DNA of 32,000 nucleotides from Methanothermobacter marburgensis str. Marburg. GTDB lineage: Archaea; Methanobacteriota; Methanobacteria; Methanobacteriales; Methanothermobacteraceae. Where the stretch lies: positions 1,260,001 through 1,292,000 of the forward strand of contig NC_014408.1 in assembly GCF_000145295.1 (NCBI RefSeq), given 5' to 3'. The translations under genes were made by a program, and so were the position numbers. This document shows, in pieces, positions 1-7,694 of the stretch; position 1 is the stretch's first letter, and the number at the start of each line of letters is the position of its first letter. Below the pieces are notes generated by a model that searched no databases, was not told where the DNA came from, and saw nothing but the letters and a program-made list of their open reading frames with translations.

Positions 1-171
1 CCATTTCGCGATGTTGCTGTACTTGGATACGCCGTTAACAGCTTCCTTGCCCTCTTTAACCTCATACCAATCGCCGTACTTGATGGTGCCAAGGTTTTCA
101 GATGGAATCCCCTCATATGGCTCATTGCAGCCGCATCGGCATTTGCACTCACATTCAACAGCATGTTCTAA
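1..171 (+). CDS. Peptidase M50 / site-2-protease-like zinc metalloprotease, C-terminal fragment (5' end outside window)
   Basis: Frame +1 is open from base 1 to TAA 169-171 and reads ...LGYAVNSFLALFNLIPIAVLDGAKVFRWNPLIWLIAAASAFALTFNSMF. The FNLIPxxxLDG(A/G)K motif followed by a hydrophobic helix is the conserved C-terminal signature of M50 proteases. It is absent from the supplied ORF track because it has no start codon in the window. Confidence 0.7.
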   Translation, partial: PFRDVAVLGYAVNSFLALFNLIPIAVLDGAKVFRWNPLIWLIAAASAFALTFNSMF

Positions 172-1368
172 GTGATCGAGATGTTCCGGGATATTCCTGT
201 TAAATATGTTGGATGCACCCACCGGGCCATGAAGCCCTCAGAGACACTCAGGGCCTTCAGGGAAAAACTCAGGGCCATAGGTGTCACAAGGATAACCGAG
301 ATAACACACCTTGATCGTATAGGCATACCTGTATTCTCAGCCATAAGGCCGACAGCGGAGGAGGGTGCTGTTAGCATATACGCAGGTAAGGGCGCCACCA
401 GAAAACAGGCAAGGGCCTCTGCAATGATGGAGGCCTTTGAAAGGTACTCTGCCGAGAGAAGTCCCCTGGACGAAACACTGAGGGCCCATCCATCCGAGAT
501 GGATAAACGCCTGGACCCTGAAGCACTTATTCTTCCACCAAACGCTGATACAGACTCTGAGGTTGAGTGGATAATTGCAGAGGATATAAAAAGTCAGGAC
601 AGGATTCACGTACCTGCAAATGCGGTTTTTCACCCTTACAATCCCCCTGAGGGATGTGTGAGTCTCTTCAGGTCCAACACCAATGGCCTTGCATCAGGTA
701 ACGTCCTGGAGGAGGCCATATTCCACGGCCTCATGGAGGTGATAGAGAGGGACGCCTGGAGCCTCTTTGAGGCAAGGAGGGGTCCCCGAATAGAAATTGA
801 TTGTTCGGGGACAGATAACAGGATAATAACGTGTCTACTTGAAAGGTTCCAGAGGGCAGGGGTTGAGATAACACTGGTGGATCTCACCGCTGACACTGGC
901 GTTGCAACGGTTGCTGCAGTTGCAGATGATGTTGTGCTCAGGGACCCTGCACTCCTCACCATGGGCGTGGGGACCCACCTTGACCCTGAAATTGCAGTTA
1001 TAAGGGCCCTCACAGAGGTTGCCCAGAGCCGGGCCACCCAGATACACGGCACCAGGGAGGACACAGTAAGGGCGGAGTTCATGAGGAGGGCCGGGTATGA
1101 GAGGATGAAGAGGCTAAACAGGCACTGGTTCTCTGAGCCCGATAATACCATTGCACTTGAGGATATGGATGACCTCTCAACAAGGTCATTCCAGAGGGAC
1201 CTTGAGATTACCCTGGATAAACTGGAGAGGGCGGGCCTGAAGCAGACACTCTATGTGGATCTAACCCGTGATGTTGGTGTTCCCGTTGTAAGGGTCATTG
1301 TACCGGGACTTGAGGTTTTCTCTGTTGACCCTGAAAGGGTGGGGGGACGCATAAGGTCCTCCAGGTGA
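172..1368 (+). CDS. ycaO: YcaO-family ATP-dependent enzyme, methanogen type (McrA thioglycine-forming thioamidation enzyme; methanogenesis marker 1 type)
   Basis: 398-aa ORF starting at GTG 172, or at ATG 181 which is preceded by GTGATC matching the anti-SD. Hallmark YcaO stretches are present: [58 protein letters not shown]. It is immediately followed by tfuA. Confidence 0.9.
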   Translation: MIEMFRDIPVKYVGCTHRAMKPSETLRAFREKLRAIGVTRITEITHLDRIGIPVFSAIRPTAEEGAVSIYAGKGATRKQARASAMMEAFERYSAERSPLDETLRAHPSEMDKRLDPEALILPPNADTDSEVEWIIAEDIKSQDRIHVPANAVFHPYNPPEGCVSLFRSNTNGLASGNVLEEAIFHGLMEVIERDAWSLFEARRGPRIEIDCSGTDNRIITCLLERFQRAGVEITLVDLTADTGVATVAAVADDVVLRDPALLTMGVGTHLDPEIAVIRALTEVAQSRATQIHGTREDTVRAEFMRRAGYERMKRLNRHWFSEPDNTIALEDMDDLSTRSFQRDLEITLDKLERAGLKQTLYVDLTRDVGVPVVRVIVPGLEVFSVDPERVGGRIRSSR

Positions 1369-1426
1369 ATATCATAAGCCCACACAGATGAAATGATTAA
1401 GTGACCCTACGCACTAGATAATCCAT

Positions 1427-2110
1427 ATGCACAGCAGAAAGATCATAATATTTACAGGACCATCACTTTCCCACAGTGATGCATCAGATATCCTAAGGGC
1501 AGATTACAGACCCCCTGTAAGGCGGGGTGACGTCCATGAGGCCCTCTCTGATAAGCCAGACATAATAGGGATAATTGACGGTGTATTTCATCAGAGTCCG
1601 GCAGTGGGGCACCGTGAAATCATTGAGGCCCTCAGGATGGGCGTTACCGTTGTTGGAGGGGCCAGTATGGGGGCGCTAAGGGCCTCTGAACTCTATGACT
1701 TGGGGATGGTGGGAGTCGGCCGTATATTCAGGGCCTACCTGAATGGTGATCTGGAATCTGATGATGATGTTGCAGTTGCCTTTAACCCTGAAACCCTCGA
1801 GGCCCTCTCTGATTCCCTTGTGAGCATTCATTTTAACTTTGAAAGGGCCCTTGAAAGTGGCATCATCGGTGAAGATGACTTCAGAGAACTCATGAAAATC
1901 GCTAAGAATCTATTTTATCCCCTCAGGAACTACCAGAGAATTCTGCATGACGCAGAAATACCTGAAAACAGAAAGGCATCCCTCATGTCATTCCTTGAAT
2001 CTGAAGGTAGGGATATAAAAAGGGAGGACGCAATTGAGGTTATAAAATACATTAAGGGACTGCTAAGCTCTGATGATCAGGATCATGGATGTGAAACTCA
2101 TGGATCTTGA
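1427..2110 (+). CDS. tfuA: TfuA-like protein (YcaO partner in peptide thioamidation)
   Basis: 227-aa ORF. N-terminus IIIFTGPSLSHSDA...ADYRPPVRRGDV and GIIDGVFHQSPAVGHREI...GGASMGALRA match the TfuA family as I remember it. It lies 58 nt downstream of ycaO on the same strand. Confidence 0.85.
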   Translation: MHSRKIIIFTGPSLSHSDASDILRADYRPPVRRGDVHEALSDKPDIIGIIDGVFHQSPAVGHREIIEALRMGVTVVGGASMGALRASELYDLGMVGVGRIFRAYLNGDLESDDDVAVAFNPETLEALSDSLVSIHFNFERALESGIIGEDDFRELMKIAKNLFYPLRNYQRILHDAEIPENRKASLMSFLESEGRDIKREDAIEVIKYIKGLLSSDDQDHGCETHGS

Positions 2111-3185
2111 ATCAAAGATAAAAAAGGTGAAGGATGCCCTTAAAGGCAGGAAGGTTGCTGTCGGATTCTCATGTGGGGCTGATAGCACAGCACTTCTTGA
2201 TATTGCAGGGGATTCCGCCGATGAGGTTGCTGCATTCACAGTTGACACAGGTTTTATGCCCCCAGGATTCATAGAAAATGCCTCATCAATTGCCGGATCC
2301 CTCGGGGTGGAGCACTTTATAATAAACAGACCGCTCCTTGAAAACCAGGAGTTTGTGAGTAACACCCCGGAGAGGTGCCTTGTATGTAAGAACATCATAT
2401 ACAGTTCAATACTCTCTGAGGCCAGAAAAAGGGGTTTTGAGGCTGTCCTTGATGGCACAACCGCAAGTGACATGTTCGAAGACCGGCCTGGAACCCTGGT
2501 TAACCATCTGCTGGGTATAGAGACCCCCCTCCTTGATGCGGGGATTACGCGGAGTGACGTCCTTGAATATCTCAAAAAGAGGAACCTTGAATACTCGGAG
2601 AACACCACATGCCTTGCAACAAGGATAAAGGATCAGGAGATAACGCCTGAACGGATAAACAGGGTCTCATATGCTGAAACTCTCGTTAGGGGACTTTACG
2701 GTGAGGGCATCGTGAGGGTCAGGCATGAGGGGGACTCTGCGATAATAGAGGTTGATGAACCTGAGAGGCTTCTCAATGCAGCAAATCTGAGGCATATAGA
2801 GAATGAGTTGAGGGCTGTCGGGTTTAAGAGGGTGCTCCTGGATCTCACAGGCTACAGGGAGGGTAAGAAGGACATTGTACTCTACAGGCCCTGCAGGGAT
2901 GCTGAATCAAGGATAATGTTCGAGGTTAAGCTGCCCTACCACATCGATATAAAAGAAACCTGTGAAAAGCTGGAGGAGAGGAAGCCCCGATGCTCAGAGA
3001 AGATGGGTGTCGTCATGGTTGAGGTGGGTGAAAGTAACGTGACCATATTCAGGAACGGGAAGATAGTGGCAAGAAGGGTAGTGGACAGGGAAGACGCAGA
3101 GGAGGTGCTCCTTGAGGTGCTGCCACACATCATAAGGGCGCATGAGGACATGGAGTCACAGAATCACTCTCAATCAGAAGCATGA
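2100..3185 (+). CDS. PP-loop ATP pyrophosphatase, LarE/TIGR00268-like sulfur-transferase homologue with an extra ~105-aa C-terminal domain
   Basis: PP-loop VAVGFSCGADS. Family-typical PERCLVCK, LDGTTASDMFEDRPG, TTCLATR, VRVRHEGDSAIIEV and LLDLTGYREG. Possible starts are ATG 2073, 2085 and 2100. I prefer 2100 because it leaves the usual ~16 aa before KVAVGFS, and all three overlap the tfuA stop (TGA 2108-2110). Confidence 0.8.
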   Translation: MDLESKIKKVKDALKGRKVAVGFSCGADSTALLDIAGDSADEVAAFTVDTGFMPPGFIENASSIAGSLGVEHFIINRPLLENQEFVSNTPERCLVCKNIIYSSILSEARKRGFEAVLDGTTASDMFEDRPGTLVNHLLGIETPLLDAGITRSDVLEYLKKRNLEYSENTTCLATRIKDQEITPERINRVSYAETLVRGLYGEGIVRVRHEGDSAIIEVDEPERLLNAANLRHIENELRAVGFKRVLLDLTGYREGKKDIVLYRPCRDAESRIMFEVKLPYHIDIKETCEKLEERKPRCSEKMGVVMVEVGESNVTIFRNGKIVARRVVDREDAEEVLLEVLPHIIRAHEDMESQNHSQSEA

Positions 3186-3300
3186 TGGTCCAGTGATATC
3201 ATCCAATATCCTGTGAATATAGTGGCTGACTGGATCAGAAAATGATTGTCCATCCAAAGGTAATGTGGGGCCTGGATTATAGGTGCATTGGATTGTTTAG

Positions 3301-3669
3301 TCACAGGGCCCTCTGGACGTTCTCATTAACCCTCCTTCTGAAGGCGGTGATCTTCTGAAGGAGACCCCTTGAATCATCACCCCTTAAAACAAGTCCAGAG
3401 GGGGTGCTGAACTCAATACCATCGGCACTTATCCCATTGAAAATTATCTCAACCTCACTGGAGTCATCAGGGAGGTCATTGGTCCTCACCGTGTAATCAA
3501 GCAGTAGCTCATCATGGGGGAGTACCTCAGAGATGGCCCTCTTCAGTGTCATCTCAAGTACATCCAGCAGTGTCTCAATAACCGGCAGATCATACCACCA
3601 GCAGTAGCCAAGTAGCATCTTGATCTCGATGTCCCTTATTGAGACCTCACCATGGTTCTTAGCCGCCAC
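3301..3669 (-). CDS. hypothetical protein, no family recognised
   Basis: 122-aa ORF (GTG 3669, alternative ATG 3618), co-directional with and 39 nt downstream of the CBS gene. The composition is normal and not antisense-shadow-like. I recognise no motif. Confidence 0.5.
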   Translation of the reverse strand: MAAKNHGEVSIRDIEIKMLLGYCWWYDLPVIETLLDVLEMTLKRAISEVLPHDELLLDYTVRTNDLPDDSSEVEIIFNGISADGIEFSTPSGLVLRGDDSRGLLQKITAFRRRVNENVQRAL

Positions 3670-3708
3670 CTCAGAAGACCCTTTGAGGCCTTCAGGTTTA
3701 TTCTCTGG

Positions 3709-4563
3709 TCACTCATTTGAATCAATCAGAGCATTTATAAGGTCATTGGCCCTTGCAAGCCCTGTGAGGTTTCCCTCATAGTCTATGATGGGTATCTGTT
3801 CAATGTTCCTCCTCTTCATCTTCCTTGCGCAGGAGGTGACCGTGGTTGAGGTGGTTGCGGTGACTATGTCTGTGGTTGCAACGTCCCTGACCTCCTTGTC
3901 AGGGAATTTGAGCTGGTTTTTTATAACGTAGAGTACGTTTTTGCTGTCCCAGGACCACCTGTCACCCTCTGTACCCACAGATGTATTATGAACGGTACTT
4001 TCAGAGACAACCTCGCTTTCATTTATGAAGTCTGTCTCTGTGAGAACCCCTGAGAGTTCACCGCTGTTGTTGAGGGCCAGGAGGACCTTCAGTCCGAAGT
4101 ACCTCATTATCTCAAATGCCACACTGAGGGGTGTTCTATCCCATGTTGTGGGGATGTTCCTTGTCATGTAATTCTCCACTGGTTCATCGATTTCCATTTC
4201 TGCAATTGCACCTGCAACCAGGTCATAGCTTGTCACTATACCCACAAGCCTGTCCTGGTCAACAACAGGGACCCTCCGGATGTTTCTCTCAAGCATCCTC
4301 TCTGCAGCCACCCTGACATCGTCGTCCGGGGCGACTGTGACTGGATTCCTCGTCATTATCAGCGCTATCTGCTCCTCATCCGGATTCTCAACAAGGTCTG
4401 ATCTTGTTATTATCCCCACAAGTTCCTCTGTTCCCTTTTTAACAACTGGAAGCCCTGATACATTCTCTTTTCTCATGAGTTCAAGGGCTGTTGCCCTGTT
4501 TCCTGGAACAGTTACATAGTGTATTTTCTCTGACATTATCTCCTTTACAAGCATGACCAACAC
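3709..4563 (-). CDS. CBS-domain protein (four CBS motifs, two Bateman modules)
   Basis: Four repeated CBS-type units, each ending in h-G-h-h-T/S-x-x-D-h: [44 protein letters not shown]. There is no catalytic domain. Confidence 0.85.
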   Translation of the reverse strand: MLVMLVKEIMSEKIHYVTVPGNRATALELMRKENVSGLPVVKKGTEELVGIITRSDLVENPDEEQIALIMTRNPVTVAPDDDVRVAAERMLERNIRRVPVVDQDRLVGIVTSYDLVAGAIAEMEIDEPVENYMTRNIPTTWDRTPLSVAFEIMRYFGLKVLLALNNSGELSGVLTETDFINESEVVSESTVHNTSVGTEGDRWSWDSKNVLYVIKNQLKFPDKEVRDVATTDIVTATTSTTVTSCARKMKRRNIEQIPIIDYEGNLTGLARANDLINALIDSNE

Positions 4564-4593
4564 CAGAAGAGAGTCGGTTAAAAAAAATGGTTT

Positions 4594-5025
4594 TCAGTGA
4601 ACAACAAGGACCGGGCAGCCTGCGGACCTTACCACCTTTTCTGCCACGCTGCCCAGCAGGAATCTGTCAAGGCCGTGTTTGCCTGAGGTTCCCATGACCA
4701 CGAGATCCACGCCCTCCTTCTCCACTGTCCTTAGTATGGCCTCTGCAGGTGAACCCTCATCGGTCCTGAGTGTCAGTTTAACACCTGCCCCTGATTCCTC
4801 AACAAGCTTCTTAACGGCTTCAAGGGACCTTGATGCCTCCTCCTCGAGCATTTCCCTCAGCCTTATTATAAGGTCGTCTGCCGGGAGACCCACGAGGGAT
4901 GATGTCTCCATAACTGTTAAAGCAATTATTTCGGCTCCGCTTTCCCTTGCAATCCATATAGCATGTTCAGCTGCCTTGTTGGCATGTTTTGAGCCGTCGG
5001 TTGGGAGCAGGATTTTACTGTACAT
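4594..5025 (-). CDS. universal stress protein (UspA family)
   Basis: [14 protein letters not shown] at the N-terminus and the ATP-binding type motif [34 protein letters not shown] at the C-terminus. Confidence 0.9.
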   Translation of the reverse strand: MYSKILLPTDGSKHANKAAEHAIWIARESGAEIIALTVMETSSLVGLPADDLIIRLREMLEEEASRSLEAVKKLVEESGAGVKLTLRTDEGSPAEAILRTVEKEGVDLVVMGTSGKHGLDRFLLGSVAEKVVRSAGCPVLVVH

Positions 5026-5029
5026 AGCC

Positions 5030-6178
5030 TCACCTCTTAACTAGTTTACCTTTTATTATTAAGTATATTATATTTTTCGATTCAGTACGGTTTATGATGG
5101 AGAGGTAGGGGTCAGTGGATAGTTTCTCGGTGATCATGAGGTCCGCCGGGAATCCCTCCTCAATAACACCCCCACCTGTTATCTCCGATGCGTTAACGGT
5201 TGTCATCCTCAGCACCTCAAGTGGTGGGAAGTACTCACCTGTGGATCCCCTTGTAACCTTCAGGGTGTACTCCATCTCCCTGAGGAGATCCGGCGAGTTG
5301 AACATGACGTTGTCTGTGCCGAGAAGGAGATTTATGCCCATCTCATGCATCCTCTTAACTGGGGGTATACCTGCTGAGAGCGCCCCGTTGGATCTGGGGC
5401 ACAGCACAACCGAGGCCCCGCTTTCCCTTACAATTTCAAGGTCATCCCTGACTGGGTTTGTGAGGTGCACCAGAAGCTTAAATCCGGCGTCCAGAGCCCT
5501 TTCAACCTCAGTCCTGCCCGTCTCCTCAAGTGACCTCCTCTGGGATTCCGGGTGCTCTGCAACGTGAATCGATGCAACCTTACCCATCCTTTCACATTCA
5601 TCAACGATTATGCGGGCTGCCTCATCGGTTATCTCGCCCATGCCGCTTGGTGCAAAACCATCAGATACCTGCAAGATCCTCCTCACAGCACGCCTGACCT
5701 CAGCATTCGATGCTTCAGGGTCAAAAACCGCAGGGTCCCTACCAAGTATCATTCCCTTCAGTGGGAGATCTGCCATTGCTTCAGTGAGGAGTTCAATACC
5801 GCTAAAACCACCCTCCCTGTAGTCAATGAATGATCCTGTGCCATGGGCCATCATGTCAGCCATTGCATCCTTCATGGATGCCTTAAGTTTCCAGCGTGGG
5901 GATGATTCAAGTATCTGGTGTTTCAGGCCATTGGGGGGTCTCACTATATCCTCAAGTGGCCTTCCATCCCCCACGTCCATTGCAACTGAGTCTCCAAGGT
6001 GCACGTGGGAGTTCACAAGGGCTGGGGCAACCATGAAGCCTGATGCATCAATCCTGTTGCTTCCCGGGATCCTATCAGGGGTTATCTCGGCTATGATGTC
6101 ATCCTCAATGAGAATATTTGTCCTCTCGGGTCTCAGACTGGCACCGCGGAGGACAGTCCCGTTTTCAACAACAAGCAT
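5030..6178 (-). CDS. amidohydrolase-superfamily metallohydrolase (chlorohydrolase/aminohydrolase-like)
   Basis: The N-terminal beta-sandwich lead-in [11 protein letters not shown]...[22 protein letters not shown] carries the HxH metal motif. Later HVAEH and GTDN motifs are typical of the amidohydrolase fold. Substrate cannot be assigned from sequence alone. Confidence 0.75.
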   Translation of the reverse strand: MLVVENGTVLRGASLRPERTNILIEDDIIAEITPDRIPGSNRIDASGFMVAPALVNSHVHLGDSVAMDVGDGRPLEDIVRPPNGLKHQILESSPRWKLKASMKDAMADMMAHGTGSFIDYREGGFSGIELLTEAMADLPLKGMILGRDPAVFDPEASNAEVRRAVRRILQVSDGFAPSGMGEITDEAARIIVDECERMGKVASIHVAEHPESQRRSLEETGRTEVERALDAGFKLLVHLTNPVRDDLEIVRESGASVVLCPRSNGALSAGIPPVKRMHEMGINLLLGTDNVMFNSPDLLREMEYTLKVTRGSTGEYFPPLEVLRMTTVNASEITGGGVIEEGFPADLMITEKLSTDPYLSIINRTESKNIIYLIIKGKLVKR

Positions 6179-6213
6179 ATTTAATTAATTGGTTTTTGCC
6201 CTATTTTATTTTT

Positions 6214-6294
6214 TGTGAGTTCAGGAGAAGAATAAAAAATGAAAGTTGAATTCAGACATCTACTGTGAGTTCATGGAGAAAGAATGAATAATAG
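6214..6294. repeat. imperfect direct repeat, 50-bp period, 2 copies
   Basis: TGTGAGTTCA-GGAGAA-GAAT at 6214 and TGTGAGTTCATGGAGAAAGAAT at 6264 share 20 identical positions with two 1-nt indels. The pair lies between the secreted-protein gene stop and the amidohydrolase start. Confidence 0.7.
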
Positions 6295-6298
6295 TTGT

Positions 6299-7636
6299 TC
6301 AGAATTTCCTGATGTTGTTTGTTTCTGATTTCTCAGAGACCTTGTTGTAGTAGTCGGCCTTAACCGTTCCCCGTGAGTACCTGTAGTAGGTCTTTAGTGT
6401 GACCGTCGCGCCCGGGTTCAGTGTGCCTGTGTACACCTGTTTATAGTTCTTTGTTGAATAGCTGCCATACCACACCCTTGTGTAGAAGTTTCTGGCTGCA
6501 GCTGTCCCCTGGTTCTTAACGTATATGTAGAGTGTGCTTCCAGATTTTCTTGTTCCTGTGACCACAAGGTCGGGTTTTGGGTTTCCAACTGTGATTGTCT
6601 TCTTCTTAACTGAGATTAAGCCGTTGCTATCTGTCGCGGTCAGTGAAACTGTGTAGTAGCCATCCCTTGCATAGGTGTGGGTGACCTCTTCACATGCTGC
6701 TGTTGAGCCGTCACCGAAGTTCCATTTGAGTGTTATTGTGTCGTTATCAGGGTCATATGCAGTTGACCTGAAGGTGAATGCCCTGAGTGATGTTGAACCG
6801 CAGTAGGTGTATGTGAAGTCTGCCACAGGTTTGCTTCCTGTGAAGTTGGGTTTGACCTTGGTTCTGTACCATTCCTCTGCGGCGGCATCATCATAGGGTG
6901 TTGTATTACTGGCCCCCGGGAAGGTGCCGTTCCAGTCCCCAACAAAGGCCGCATATCCATGGTCGTTGCGCCAGATGGTTGTGCCATTGTAAACTGTACT
7001 CTTATTTATAACCTCAAAGTTCTTCTGGTTGGCCTCATAGAAGTTCCTGGAGCCGTTCAGGAAGTCGTATATTATCTCTGCACCATCCCATGCTGTGGCA
7101 TAGTAGTTGGCGCCTGAACCTGTGAACATCCTTGAGAAGTGGTAGATGGTCTCTATGGGGTTCTTAACCTCATAATCCTCAACCCATCCGGTTGAGAAGC
7201 ATGCGTGTAGTAATATTACGGGTATTCCTTCCTTGAAGGGCAGGTAAAAGGTCTGTCCATTGACCTGCACCATATCCCCTGCACCCCATATGTAGCCGTC
7301 ACTTGCAACCAGTGAGAATGGTGGGCTGGCATATCCCCCACGGCAGTCATAGTTCCCTGACATGTATCCTCCGTGGCCCGCGTATATCACAGCATCTGCA
7401 CCGTACATGCCCTTGAGTATGTTCTTAACGGTTGCATTTCCCTTGTAGAGTTCAACTACCTGGTAGCCCCTGTTCTTGAGGGTTGTTGCAACCTTCTTTG
7501 CCTCATCATACATGCAGCTGCTATCTGAGAGGCTGTCTGCAACTATGAGTATGTGGGCCTCTGATAGGGGTAATGCAGTGAGTGATAATATTATGAATGC
7601 AGCGAGCATGAGTTTTCCATATCTCATGTCCTTCAC
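6299..7636 (-). CDS. secreted multidomain protein: signal peptide + N-terminal alpha/beta domain with His/Cys dyad-like motifs + PKD domain + CARDB-like domain
   Basis: Signal peptide MKDMRYGKLMLAAFIILSLTALPLSEA. PKD signature WNFGDGS...HTYARDGYYTVSLTATDSNG (aa ~270-350, nt 6587-6829). C-terminal PDLVVT...YIYVKNQGTAAA...LNPGATVT is CARDB-like (nt ~6302-6577). Eight N-x-S/T sequons. Confidence 0.75.
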   Translation of the reverse strand: MKDMRYGKLMLAAFIILSLTALPLSEAHILIVADSLSDSSCMYDEAKKVATTLKNRGYQVVELYKGNATVKNILKGMYGADAVIYAGHGGYMSGNYDCRGGYASPPFSLVASDGYIWGAGDMVQVNGQTFYLPFKEGIPVILLHACFSTGWVEDYEVKNPIETIYHFSRMFTGSGANYYATAWDGAEIIYDFLNGSRNFYEANQKNFEVINKSTVYNGTTIWRNDHGYAAFVGDWNGTFPGASNTTPYDDAAAEEWYRTKVKPNFTGSKPVADFTYTYCGSTSLRAFTFRSTAYDPDNDTITLKWNFGDGSTAACEEVTHTYARDGYYTVSLTATDSNGLISVKKKTITVGNPKPDLVVTGTRKSGSTLYIYVKNQGTAAARNFYTRVWYGSYSTKNYKQVYTGTLNPGATVTLKTYYRYSRGTVKADYYNKVSEKSETNNIRKF

Positions 7637-7694
7637 CGCTACATTCTATAATATCACAATAGTTTAAAATTTAAAAGAAAATTGGTGCCATGTA

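Noticed and set aside
1-222. Minus-strand open frame reading ...EHAVECECKCRCGCNEPYEGIPSENLGTIKYGDWYEVKEGKEAVNGVSKYSNIAKW, a tempting Cys-rich small protein divergent from ycaO.
   Set aside because: The + strand frame over the same bases carries the unmistakable M50 protease C-terminal motif (FNLIPIAVLDGAKV plus a TM helix) and stops exactly at the ycaO start. The only possible start for the minus frame (GTG 222) would lie inside ycaO. I treat it as an antisense shadow.
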